NCBI GenBank assembly: GCA_964016885.1
Contig: OZ024743.1
Location: forward strand, 343,418,001 to 343,482,000
Length of the DNA: 64,000 bases
Direction of reading: 5' to 3'
DNA from: Eledone cirrhosa
Lineage: Eukaryota
Shown here: positions 12,471 through 26,199 of the stretch, one piece after another
Position numbering within the stretch: the stretch's first letter is position 1
Layout: every line of letters begins with the position of its first letter
Translations under genes and position numbers: made by a program
The notes under the pieces: generated by a model
What the model was told of the DNA's origin: nothing
The model's input: the letters and a program-made list of their open reading frames with translations, nothing else
The model's database searches: none

Positions 12471-15029
12471 AAATATAAATGCAGATAAGCTATATAGACA
12501 GACGGTAAAGAAAAGTAATGAAAGAGAATGATATACACAGAAAGATAGATAACTAAGAAATAAATGGATTAAGTGAGAGAAACAAAGAAAAACAGATAAG
12601 ACATAAAAGAAGAAAGATATTAAAAAAAAAACATATAAAGCGATAACGACTTCGATAAGAAACCACCGAGTAGAGAGAAATTAAGATAGACAGACTGGGT
12701 TAAAAGAAGAGCATAATACGGTGAAGGGGTGGGAAAACAGAGATTCGCATTGAAACGGAAAAGGGACGGATAAGTAAATTAATTTGAATAGCAATTTGGA
12801 GTAAGGATATAGTGTTGGAATGAAAGGAAACCCCACGCCGGATGAGCGTCTGGGCGACTGGAAGTTAGGGGTACATTATAATTCTATATGGTTTAGGAAT
12901 GTTGTAAATCTGACATCCTTAAACCCCTCTCCCCCCAATAACATATGTCGTTAAGAAGTCATAACGGATATAAGAGGTCGGAATTCAGAGATCAAAACGG
13001 AAAGAAAGAATGAAAAGGCGGAGAATGGCAGAGAAGAGAAGAACGAGAAACAAAGAAAGAAAAAAATGTAAGTGAGAAATAGTGAGGTGATAATAAAAAC
13101 AAATTTTAGAATAGGAGACAAAGGGTGAAAGTGCGTTGTGATCTGGAAGCAAGAGTGTGTGGAGAATCTAAAATAAAAAGGCTGAAGAAGAAAGACAAAA
13201 GAGATGCGAGAAAATACAGAGAAAAAGTTTGGTAGCGCAAACGTGAAAGAAAAAAAGAATGGATATACAGAGTGAAATAAACAAAACGATAGATAGAAGA
13301 TAAAATAAAAAAGTTTCGGGTGAGAAAGTAATGAAGACAGGCGCTGATAGGAAGAAGAAAAGGGAACTTAAATGGGGAGGAAGAGTGTGAAATAGGTCGT
13401 GCTTTTTTTTTCTTTTCTTTTTTTGTACAGTTCTCACTGCTGAGTAAGCAATATTTACGCGCCGGTTCTAACTTAAGCAAGGAATATGCCAATAGATATT
13501 TACAGCATGTTTTGTTTATCTTAGACGAGTGGCTAATTAATACTGTTGAATGTATTTCAATATTATTCATATATTCTTTTTTTTTTCACCCCATTTTTAT
13601 TTTATATGTCAAACTGAAAAAGCAATTGTAAAAACCGCCTTTATTTTTAGAAAAAATTCTATTACATTAATTTTTTTAATTCTTTTTTTTTTACCGACGC
13701 AAACTTTCACTGGTTTATTTGAGCACTAGTTTTGTTTTTGTGTGTGTGTGTAGGCTGGGAGATCTTTGTTAAAATAAAGCTTTGTTGCCGGGTTTTAAAC
13801 AGCTACAACTGTATAGAATTATACACTAAATCTTTGAGGAAAATCGCGAATCTTCCTATTCTACGTATTGATTGAATTTGCAAAACGAACTATTTCATTC
13901 CTCGAAAAGTAACGTCCACAAAGTGTATGTGTTGTAGTTACTTAACCCCTTGTGTGAGCAGACGTTTCAGCTATTACAACGAAGACTTCTTTTAAAATAT
14001 TTTATCTAATACTATATATGATAAAATTATATATCAATAAAAGATTTGAGGACATATTCAGTTGGTTCGGGTTTATTTAAAATTCGTTATATATATCAGT
14101 TAAGATAGCCAGAGTTCTTCAGACGGCAAAACCTATAAAACAATTAAACCCAGTAACTTCTTCAAGAAAAAATTTTCTTTTCTTGATATAGAGGACCAGC
14201 CGGGCACATAGCGTTGATTTTTCGGCGGCCGGCTTACATTTAAAACTATTGTTCGAGGCAAAGAAAAACGTAAGAAATCCCAAACAATATAAAATATTTG
14301 GTGGGTTGCCTTACAGACGAATCAGGTGATGCCCGTGAAGGTGCTTGGTTGTTCCAGCGCTTTGGTTTCGTCCTCATTCGCGGTAATGCTGCAAGTTGGC
14401 TTGCCGAAAAAGTATTAGAGGGAGACTCCGGCACCCCTTGTGGTGTGTGATTGATTGACACACTTGTTGAATTAATAATTTCCCATTTTGATTTTATATT
14501 TTTATGTGAAATATTCATTGTATATATTATTTGTGGGTATATTTTCATTCTGTAAGAATTATAAATAAATCAATGACTAATATAAGCATTTTTACATTTA
14601 TAATCGAATAATTATATTCTTTTGAGCATTTAGTTTGGATATAATCATAACACGAACTTAGAAAATTCCTAAGGTTTACATTATCCAAACCCTCGAGGAA
14701 AATGCTTTAACTATTTGTCATAACCAGATATTCTGGTAGTTTATACCAAATTAAGATTATTTTATTCGTAATAAAGTATTTAAGTATATCTAACCTGGAG
14801 CGTTTAACAAAAATCTTTTCAGTATTAGTAATTTTTATAATCCATTGAATTATTAAAAATTATATTAAAAAAACAAACAAAAATGTAACTATGCCACTTT
14901 TTATTCAATCTTCATGAGACTTGTTTTAAAATACTTAAATATCTAACTATTTTTTTTAGTAAAACTACGTTCTATTTGCTTAACATTTCTAAATTATTTG
15001 TGCTAACACTCACTTTCATAACTTCATCC

Positions 15030-18000
15030 ATTAGTTTTTCGCTTCTGTAGTTGCTCCTTTCTAGACCATGACCTTTCGCTTGTAGAAAGATAATACTACA
15101 AAGCCAGTCATTGTGTATGACTCCTTGGATAACCTGACTAATAACGAGTTCGACTCCTACTTCACCAGGTCATTTAAGTGACTGTCCACCAGCTTTTCCA
15201 TCTCCTTGAATGCAGTTTTGAGCCTATAACTGTTAACTTCCATAACCATTCTCTGTTAAGTTTACACCCATTCTCTACATTTATCAACCTCTAGTAATAA
15301 CATTTCCAGGTCTCTTTCTTTTGAGCATCATTAAGGTTAAGTGCTCCGATGTCATTCGGAACACTTTTCCTCAACGGCATCTTGATTCACACCGATACAA
15401 TGCTTTGCAATGCAGAACATCTTCCGCCTCTGATCCCCATGTCGCAGAATGTTGGCAAACCTGTTTTCAGCTTCTTTATGTGTTATGTAAAAGCTGGTGT
15501 CTAACTTCTCTTTTAGCGATTTGATATTGTTCTTTGCTGTTACCATTTTTACAGTCTTTCTACACCTGTCTCTTAGCTTTAATGGCTCTGTCTACAATGC
15601 TGTTCCACAACTATATCACCCTTTGTCCGGTTGGCACCTTGCTCCAGCCACTAGTCTTGTCAGTGGCCTACAGTAGGTTGTCTTGTAAAAACTTCCAATA
15701 GTACTCTACGTCATATGAGTTCATCTCCTCCCTCTGATCATATGCATCACATAGCATATTCCGATACCAATATTTAACAGAAAGGTCCTTTAGTTTCCAC
15801 ACTCCCTCTTCTGAATATCCTGTGTTTTTATTTTGTCTAGTTCTTATGTTGTCACTAATAACTGGGTATTGCATTTCTCTCTTGGAAAAGACTTAGCATT
15901 CACAATCACATATCTATCTTGATTTCTAATGAGCATGAAATCTTATATTCACCTGAATGATAGGTGATCAAGTGGTAAGCCGGTTCTCTGAAGTTATTGT
16001 TACAAATGGTTATTTGCATCATTGAATTCCAGGAGCATTGGTTGCTCTTCATTTCTTGAACCATATTCATAACCACCAGGCACTCCAAAGTAACTACCTG
16101 GGTGCTGCCCAATATGTCCATTGAAGTCACCAGCCAGGATAATGAAATCACTGTTATAGAAAATTATTCTTTACCTAACCCAGTGCATAAGTGGAGATAA
16201 CAGTTGTCATTCTTGTGGGAGGGGGGATTGCCGGAAGTGGGGGAACGCCTGACTGGAAGCAGAAGGACAGGGGCGACTCGAGGGATAAGGCCGTGAACAG
16301 CCCTCTTAGCTACAGGCCCAGCAAGGTGACGGATGTGTGAAGACAGATGCGAGTGGAAAGTACCCCACGTTGACGGTGGAACCTGCGATAGAGAGACGCG
16401 TCCGAATGCCTCCGGCTACAAGCTATTTCGGCGTTTAATGAATTTTCCTATCTTTCGGCATTCTTACACCCGGCACGGTAGCCTTTTAGTTTACCTTTTT
16501 TTTAAAAATCTTTTTTTGTTCTTTTTCGTGAGGTATCGTTGTTGATTTTTTTCAGATCTCGCAGGGGAGATGGCGGCGAAACTGAGATTGAATAGCGATG
16601 AGCATGAGCGAGCTCGTCGCACAGACCCGTGTAATAACATAGGACACGAGGTGGAGTGTTGCAGCGCTGGCAGCGACGGAAGCCCATGGCAGTCGACAGC
16701 GACCGACGTATAACGAAAGGAGACCAGCCGCTGTGAATAGTCGTCCGCGTGCGTTTGGAGGCCGGTGCTTCAGGTGCCAGGGCCCGCATATGGCAAGGGA
16801 CTGCAGAGAGCCGAAGCCAGCCATAGTCTGCTATCGCTGCAAGCGACCAGGCTACATCGCTAATAATTGCGACCAGGCAAATGGTCTAAGGGGGACTATT
16901 GCACCGGTAGCCACCCCCGGAAGCGAGTAGAGGCGCCTTTGCAGTTGCTGCCCGTAGTGGAAGGGGTAGGGGTCCACCGCGAGCACTTGTGACCATGAAG
17001 GTGGTTAAAAAGTGGAGCGGGATGGGCAGTCGACGGCAGGGAGATTAGATGCTGAGGTACCAGCGAGTTGTCAATAGTGGTACGGGGAAAATTAGGCTTC
17101 GGCGATCGTTATTGACCAGGTGGTGAACGGAATCGATGTAGTAATGGGCATGAAAGCGATTGGCTGGGAGAATCCATGAAGAAAATATCATACAGGACAA
17201 GGATTTCAGGGCGGTGTTCGATGGGCAGTGGTGGGTAGTTGAGTGGTACTGGATGGGAGATCCACCAGCGCTGAAGAATAGAGTAAGGCTGCTATCAGCA
17301 TACCCTGAAAGGAAATGCCAGAAGCGAGTTTGATGGAGAGGTACAGAGATGGATCGAGGAGGGTATACTTATTCCTTGGAAGGAGGAAGAGAAGTGTGGA
17401 GAGTTTCCGCTGATGGCAGTGGTGCAGCCCACGAAGAACAAGGTTAGGCCGGTGCTGGACTTTCGTGAGCTGAACGAACACATGTCATGCCACACAAGTG
17501 GTGAGGACAGTGGCCATGATGCAGGAAATCGTGGAGAAGGTAAAAGCGGATAACCCAGCTGGTACGTCCCCAAATCGGAGAGCAGGACCGTATGGTGTGA
17601 TGCCAGCAGCATAGCACTAGGGGTCACTCTGGAGATAGGGGGTGTCGAGGTTGAGGACGCAGTTTGGCTCTGGAAGGAGGACTACAACCACATGGCCGAA
17701 CTGAATGCTGTGCTGAGAGGGGTGAATCTCGCCCTGAGATGGGGGCTGCACACTATAGAAATTCGAACTGACTCGGCCACTGTACTTGGATGGGTGAGAT
17801 CAGTGCTTACCAGTGAGAGGAGGGTGCGAACGAGAGGGGCAGCAGAAATGTTGATAAAGCACCGCCTGGGAACTCTGGAAGAGCTGTCTACTGAGTTTGG
17901 CCTGGAGTTGAGTGTAGCTTTTGTACCCTCAGAAAAACAGGGCAGACGTATTAACCAGGATGAAGAAAGTCTGCCTGGAAATGCCAGGGGACGCAGAGGA

Positions 18001-19300
18001 GGGGATAGCGGCAGTGTGTCGGCTGAGTGATTTGGAGTTGAGGGGACTGCACACCATGCACCACATGGGAGTAAATAGGACCCTGTTCCTAGCCAGAAGA
18101 ATCGACTCTGACGTTAACAGACAGTGTCCAGAGAGTGGTCGGAGGTTGCGACAGATGCCAGTCTATTGACCCTGACCCGGGTGTGCACGAGACAGGAAGC
18201 ATCCCGGTGGAGCACAACTGGAAGCGATTAATGGTGGACGTGACACACTACCGACAAGGAACGTATCTTTTGATGGTCGATTGTGGGTCGGGACGGATGG
18301 CGATATGGAGGGAAATGAAAACAGGGACTGCGGAGGAAATCGTGTGAACGCTGAGAGAGATGTTTCGCTTGGAGGCACTGAGGGAAATGCCTAACAAGTG
18401 GAAGGTGAACCGCTTCTTCAGAGCGGCATACAGGCCGAGCAGAAATGGGATTGTGGAGAAACACCATCGCATGATCAAGGCTATGGCGGAAAGGGGGCAT
18501 ATTTCGCCAATGGAGGCAGTGTTCTGGTACAACATGTCTCCTCGGGTGGGACAGGGCAATATATAGATATGAATGGCGACACCCATGCACAGTACCACAG
18601 CAGCCAGTGGAGAGAGAGAGCCCATCCGTACGAGTGGGTGAAGAGGTATGGGTCAGGCCCCCGAATGCGCATTGCACATCTCAATGGGGAAAGTACCCCA
18701 AACAGTGCAGAGATCGCAACGGAGTCGCTGCCAATCTAGGTAGATGGCGCAGTGTGATGGGGGGATTGATCCTTGAGATCGGGTGCCGTGTGGGGCTGCG
18801 GTGAGATAGAGGGGGGTGTAGAGCTGCTGTGGGAGGGGGATGCCTGACCGGAAGCAGGAGGATGGGGGCGACTTGAGGGAGCAGGCCATGAACAGCCCTC
18901 TCTTAGCTACAGGCCCTGCAAGGTGACGGACATGTGAAGACAGCCACGAGTGAAAAGTTCTCCACATGGACGGTGGTACCAGCGATAGAGAGACACAAGG
19001 TAAGTCCGAATGCCTCCGGCTACAATTCTATAACGTATGACTATTCTGAATTTGATAATTTTATCTTAATTACCTTAACTCTACTTTTCAGCTGGTAAAA
19101 TGTCCACTTCACGTAGCCCATCATCATTTCCTACTGAAAAGAGCTTTTAACTGTGTTCTTTGCCTGTAAGGAGTCTGGCTGATGCTATCCTCTTGTATGC
19201 AACACACAGCCACTAGTCTCTTCTAAACATCTACCTCATCTACCTTTCAGCAAGCCAATGTTAAGATTGTTAGCCCTGAAATGTGTTACATTACAGTAAT
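15030..19300 (-). mobile_element. Decayed RTE LINE split by an LTR element
   Basis: Flanks 15030-16213 and 19030-19300 are collinear with the RTE at 3840-5720. Confidence 0.7.
16214..19024 (+). mobile_element. Gypsy-type LTR retrotransposon, internally deleted; LTRs 16214-16420 and ~18828-19024; TSD ATTCT
   Basis: TGT...ACA LTRs; gag zinc knuckles CFRCQGPHMARDC and CYRCKRPGYIANNC; RT piece VRPVLDFRELN; RNase H WCDAS/AELNAV/TDS; integrase HHCC region and NGIVEKHHR; RT-RH-IN order. Confidence 0.92.
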
Positions 19301-19874
19301 GGGGTGTCCATTGGTTAATGGGTTGACTTTTGGTACCAGTTTCTTATATCCAAAAGTAAATGTGTGATTACTTGATGACAGTCAGACTTTTGCACAAAGT
19401 TATGTTAGCCACCTCACTACCATGCACAACATTATCATGGTTAGTGTTAGACCTTTATACACAGTTAGCATTTATATTATGAGTTGAGCTGGTCATATTG
19501 GCTTGGTTTTTATGGCTGGATGCCTTTCCAGTCACCAGTCACCTTACAATGTGGACTGGGTGTATTCTATTGTGCCACCAACACTAGTGAGGTTGTCTAC
19601 CAGGACCTAAGAGCCTCCTCTACCCAGAGTAGATTGTTCTCCTAGATAGGTTGCATTTGCTATAATTTACAAAGTCCACATCTACCCTGTGCAGTTTTAT
19701 TTATTCAGAATAACTATCCTCCAAGAGAGGCTTACAGCGTCAATGTTCTACATCAGGTTGCACATGCACATTTATACACACTGGTTATAATTGTGGTACA
19801 TACCCATATCTACATAGAAATACACTAATTGTACAATTATAATTAATCAATTAATTATCTATAATAAATCTATA

Positions 19875-20216
19875 TGGAGGCACATGGCTTAGTGGTTAGA
19901 GCATTGACCTTGCAATCAAAAGGTTGTGAATTCAATTCTCAGACAGGGTGATGTGTTGTTTCCTTGAGCAAGACACTTTATTTCACATTGCTCCAGTTTA
20001 CTCAGCTGTAGAAATGAGATGATAGGGACTGGGGTCCATATCATTCCACTGTAAAGTAGTCGTGCAGGTGCCATGGCAAAAAAGCACCCAGCACTCACTG
20101 TAAATGAGGTTGGTGTTAGGAAGGGCATCGAGCTGTAGAAATCAAGCCAGAATCAGTTCCCGTCCCACCCTTGCAAGCAGGGAAAAAGCGGACGTAAAAT
20201 GAAATGATGATGATGA
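19875..20216 (+). mobile_element. Full-length tRNA-derived SINE with RTE-type 3' tail
   Basis: A-box TGGCTTAGTGG, B-box-like AATTCAATTC, central CCTTGAGCAAGACACT domain; tail shared with the LINE at 29742; second copy at 47030-47390. Confidence 0.85.
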
Positions 20217-23200
20217 ATTCTATAGACAAATTCAAGTCTATTTTCGATTGGGGATTGGATAAATAATTGTTTCTACTTGGGCACAAGGCCAGACATTTGG
20301 TGGGAGAGGAAAGTCCATTAAATCAACCCCAGTGCATTACTGGTGTTTTATTTTATCAACCCCCGTAAGGATGAAAAGCAAAGCTAACTTCAGTAGGATT
20401 TGAACTCAGAACATAAAGGGATTGGCTAAATAATTGTTTATATTTTTGGCACAAGGTCAGCAATTACCCCCATTGCATTACTGGTGTTTTATTTGATCAA
20501 CCCCTGTAAGGATGAAAGGCAAAGTTAACTTCAGTGGAATTTGAACTCAGACCGTAAAGGGACGTAACTCTATGCTGCAAAGAATGGCGTCCGACCCTCT
20601 ACCGATACTGCAAATCCACCGACTGGCTAAATAATAGAAAGCTATTGTAGATTCTTGTTTATACTTCAAATAAATTTTTTCATGTTAATACAGCAGTGGC
20701 TAACTTTCAAAGTGTTCGTTTTACTTTTACATTCCTCCTTTCTAACACCATTCATAGCTAAGTGTAGTTCAAACAGATTTCATGGGAGATCCCTTATTTT
20801 CTTTTAACCAGAAAATGAACTTGTACACCTCTTAACTCTTTTATTTTTATTGAGGTTTATATTTTCATTTTACTTTCTTTGTACTCCTATTTATTCCTTT
20901 TCATTTGCTGACATGCAACCAGCTGGAATCTTTATCTGCTTTTATTCTTACTTCTAATAAACACTACCTTTTTCCATAAACATCTTCCTTATTCCTTTCT
21001 ATCTGGATACATCACATAATAAATGCTTTCTCCATACTGATTATGTCTGTTTACATATAGTCAACCTTAATCTTATTTGCTTTCACACTACCTTTCTCCA
21101 TAAAGCTTATTGTATCCACTGACACAGCAACATATCTGCTTCTTTTATCACCTCTCTATATTTCTCTTTCTCCCTCTACTTGCTATTTTTATCTTTTCCA
21201 TGTGCATCACCTTGCTTCTTACTCAATTTCTTTTACATTTTATTACCGTCTATTTTAATCCAAGCCTATTTTTTCTTATTTTAAATGTGAGAATCTCAGT
21301 ATTTACAAGCCAAGTCTTGACCAAATATTAAATATGGAGTTCAATTGTGTCAAAAATCAGAAACATGACAGAGTAACAATTGTGAAAAATCTCCATCAAC
21401 CCTGGAAAGATTGAAGACAAAGTTGACCTTGGTGGGTTTTAAACTCAGAATGTTCTAAGAGTTCATTCTGAGTTCAAATTCTGCCATGGTCAACTTTGCC
21501 TTTTATCCATCAGGGATCAATAAAATAAAGTACTAATCAAGTACTGGGGTCAATTTAACCAACTTATAAATTGCTGGACTTGTGCTTAAATAAAAAATAA
21601 AAAAAACATTACTAAAGCACTGGATTGGCAGTCAAACAAAATACTGTATTGAATCATGACCCTTTTCACTCTGGGTTCAAATCCTGTTGTGGTCAACTTC
21701 CGGGGTCAATAAAATAAAGTGTCAGTCAAGTACTGATGTTGATTTAATCAACTTAGCTCCTCCCCCAAATTTGTTGACCTTGTACCTAAATGAGAAACAA
21801 CCTCCTCATCATCATGATCATTTTATGTCCGTTTTCCATGCTGGCATGGGTTGGACAAGTTAGGATGAAGTTTCTCAACAGTAAAACAAGGATACCCAAT
21901 CATGACTAAAAATTACAAATAAATTATTTGTTGTTTATCCTGGTTTTTTGAATAGGTACATTGTATACGTGAGTGCCACAAGAGATGATTGAAAGGGTTG
22001 GTGTCAGGAAGGGTATCCAACTGTAAAACATTGCCTCAGAACATCCTGTCCAACCCATGTCAGCATGCAAAGTGGATGTTGATTTGTAGTTCAGAAGATT
22101 GAAAACAACTGCAGATTATTGCTCTCAGAAAACTAGTTTAACACAGTCAAGGTTCTTTTATTCTTATTCTTTTACTGGTTTTAATTATTGGACTGCAGGC
22201 ATACTGAAGAATTTCAAGAATATTAGTGAATTATATCAACCTCATCATTTGTTTCAGTCTGTTTTTTTTTTTTTAATCTCCATTCATGGAACTGCTACAG
22301 TTATGAAATAAACATAACGTAAGCACAGTCACACACACACACATACTTCAGGCATCTGCAGACATTCTACTTACCCAATTTCACTAATGAATTATTTGAT
22401 AACCTGCTATAATAGATGCCACACAGTTAGTATCAAACACAGAACTTCTTCATTGCAAAGTGAACTTTTGAAGCCATATCTGTGCCTAGACAATCATAAT
22501 TTTGAAAGGTAAACCAAATATAAAGCCTTACATCTTTAACAAGACCTCCATTAGCTATTTCTGTGTTTGCATTCATTGAATCAGAGCTGACTAGATTATA
22601 ATCATCAACATTTTTTCTATGCTTGCATTCATTATCAGCATGTGGCATTCTTTTCACCCAACAACCATTATACATTTAATCTAATGGCCATCACTTGCAA
22701 TCAAGTATGATTTGGTAGCATGTTCTCATTAATGGTTTTAGGTGCCCATAGAGTCATGAGCAGACTCTTCAACCCTCAATCCAGCAGAATATCCAGGATG
22801 TGGCAGCTGGAGAAAGAAAGGGTTGCACCTACACTGGGTGGGTACTTTTTTATTGGTCCTGAAAGGATGGAAGGCAAAGTAGATATTGGTGAGATTTGAA
22901 TGCAGAGCACTAAAATAACATAACATCATGCATCCTTTTAACCCTTTAGCATTTGCATTACTCTATATATACTATTGTATTTTCATGGTAAAGGCTTTAT
23001 CTTACATAATTCTCACATAAAATTGAATTTATGAGATTTCAATATTATTTATTTTAAGAACAATACTTTAACATTAGTATGAGTAGCCAGTTGCGGCTGG
23101 TTTGAACAGAAAGAGATGAGAGAATTCTGGCCGGATATGACCGGTCTAAATGCTTAAACACTTTAACCCTTTTGTTATCAAACTGTCCATAGTTCTAGGA

Positions 23201-24433
23201 TACACAGCTGTTTATTTTAAAGTATTTTTATTTATGATCCTTTTGTGGGCCTTCAAGACTGGTAAAATGGCTGAAGGAAAGTAAACTCAAACCAGAACCC
23301 TGGCCCAAACACTTGCAACAGAGTAGACTCTGCTATATGTACAAATGGCCTAGTTGGTAGTGTTAAACCAGTTGGATTAAGCTTAAAATGCAATAAGGCC
23401 ACAACAAGATATGACCTCAGTATGTAAACAGTTGGAACAAATACTGCAAACTATATATTACAACACTAACAATTCCTTTAATCTCCTGTCTTGGATTTAA
23501 ATTTTATGTTACTGACCTCAAAAGGATGAAGGGCAAAGCGACATCAGCAAGATTTGAACTTAGAGTGCAAATAGCCAGAAGAAATACTTCAAAGCATTTT
23601 ATCCTATGCCCTAATAACTGCCAATTCACTGCTGTTAAACATTGCTTTTGTAACAAAACAGCGACACTATCAAAGCTAGAGAATTGTATTCATATACATC
23701 AAAGTCAACTATATCAATACTTTTAAAGGCATCCAGCTATAAAAAGCAAGCCAAAACAAAGTGTACGAGGAGGACCCAGTTATCTGACTGGTCTGGCTGC
23801 TACACATAACCGTCTAACTCACGCAAGCATGGAAAATAGATGTTAAATGGTAATGATGATGAAATATTCTAACTAAAAGAAAACAAATACAAATGTGAAA
23901 GAATCATTTTAGCCATTTAAAAACACACAAAAACTGTTAACTTTACTTTATATTCATCAGTAGAACTGTGTATGTGACCAGGTCGCAGACTGTGTGACCA
24001 AACGTTTGACACCAGAAAAGAAATGATAAATATAAAGTAAATATATTATGTATGTTTTTAAATGGCTAAAATGACTCTTCCACACAATAATTGTTTTACT
24101 TTCAACACATAGCCTCAGATCAAGTCATTTACCAGAAAAGTACAACTCTGAAATACAGTTCAAATTATTTAAAAAAAAAAAACAATTTTAATTACTGTTT
24201 CATAAAACTTTAAATATTACAAAAGGTTTGCACAAATGAAAACATTTTGTAAAGAAAAATATATATTTAATACATGGAAATTATCAATAACATACTGTAC
24301 AGGCAGAAATAATAAAAGAATACAAATAATTTACATATATGTACATTGTTTTGATTTTGGTAAAGCAGTAGAAGAGCAAATTGCTCAGCTGAAAAAATAT
24401 TTCACAAACTCAGTAATAAAGTGTCCAGGTATA

Positions 24434-24584
24434 TTAAAAACTGTCTTCCCAATTAAGTTCAATATCTGATCCTTGGCTCAATTGACTTTCCTCGGAGTTC
24501 CGTTCTATTTCTCCCATGTCTGTATTATAGAGTAACAGCTCGTCATCAGTGATATGGGAATTCCCTAAAATGAAACTAGTAAAT
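24434..24584 (-). CDS. NEMP1: NEMP1-like exon 8 (last coding exon)
   Basis: Acceptor TTATTCTAG; FTSFILGNSHITDDELLLY...EDSF then TAA; the exons sum to 1245 nt. Confidence 0.92.
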
Positions 24585-26199
24585 CTAGAATAAGAAAAAA
24601 AAAATGTTTGTTATATATATTAATTTATATATATATATATATATATACACATACATATGGAAGAGGAAGACCTAGAAAAACATGGGATGATGTAGTGAAG
24701 GCCAACCGCATTTAGCTGAACATCACAATAGAGATGACTCAGGAATGAGAAAACTGGTGATATTCCATAATACAGGGAGCTCACCTTCCCATGTAAGTGG
24801 AATGAAACATCACAAGGAAGATGGCTAATCACCTATCTACCTCCCTCTATCCTAAACCTGAAGAAGCAGAGAAGTGGTACAACACTCAGGTTTCATCTCC
24901 CACATGCCAGCGGAACAACTCTTAGGTTCTCACCTGCTAGTATTCCTGACTTCTTCACTCAAACCATGATACCTTCTTTGTGTCTTCGTCATTTTCCCAA
25001 CTAGGAAAGCCAGGCTCATTACAAAATGACAGAAAGCCCCCACCCACTTGATCCAATGCCACTCCTATGATCCCTCCACTACCATCAGCATATATATTTG
25101 CTCGCTTTTTGGACCCACAATATGTTAGCCATCACCCACATGCATCAGACTGCCTCCATTACATGACTCCCACTGGCAGTGTGATGTCTGTACTCCAGCC
25201 TGAATCTCCACAAATGCCTCCCCAACAAGATCAAGGACACTTAGTACTGTAATGAAGTAGTGTTGGTTCCACAACAAAAAGCACCCAGTCCACTCTGTAA
25301 TGTGGTAGTGCTGGTGCCACAATGAAAAGCACCTAGTCCACCCTGTAAGGTGATAGATAGTGCTGGAGTCACAATAAAATGCTCCCAGTAAACATTGTAA
25401 AGTAGATTGCATGAGGAAAGGCATCCAGCCATAGAAACCAAGTCAAAACAAAGCATACTAGCAGGATTTAATCACCTGATTGCTCTGGCCTCAAAAGTTT
25501 ATGTGTGATCCACATCAGTTTAGATGTGGATCACATGTAAACTCAAATATCTGAGGAGATGTTAAAGAAGAGTCAGGCTTCGGTCACCTTGATCACACAC
25601 GAGCTGATTGATATTGTAACAATTGTAATATGCAAATAAAGTTTCTACACAAGCTGCAAATCTGACTTCAATTAATTTCAGTATATCTACACTCTGAAAC
25701 ATACAGCCAAAAGAACAAAGGTCAAAATTGACCTCAGTGGGATTTGAATTTAGGGCACACAGAGCCAGAACAAATACCACCAAGCATTCTATCTGACATT
25801 CTAACAACTATACCAGTCTACCACTTGAAAATTCAAATACAGTGATACCTCACAGTATGAGTTTAATTCGAGTAAATCATTATAGGATTTACTCGTTTTA
25901 CAAATCAATTTTCCCCATTGAAATTAATATAAATAGTCCGTTCCAGCCCCACATACCCACCAAAAAATAATTTTTTACAGGTTTTAAAACAGAAAAGGTG
26001 AAGTTACAATGACAATTATAAAAACATAATAAAAGAAAATGCAAAAAAAAAAAGGCATGGGTCAAACCAAGGTAAATGACACTTATGCAAGATGCCACAC
26101 AGTAGGATTGAACCTAGAACCTAATGATTGTGAAGCAAACTTCGTAACCATTCAGCTATGCTGCATCCACAGCATAATATCAGAGCTGTGATCTCTATT

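Noticed and set aside
13106-13570. 154-aa hydrophobic ORF and many similar short ORFs
   Set aside because: They arise from low-complexity purine/pyrimidine-biased sequence or are antisense shadows of TE ORFs; no recognisable domains.
19875-19950. tRNA-like sequences
   Set aside because: They are SINE heads that continue into a SINE body and tail, with no intact cloverleaf.
24855-24896. Further hammerhead-like relics (also ~13958-13992 and 14362-14378)
   Set aside because: One core box is missing or broken in each, so they are too degenerate to call.
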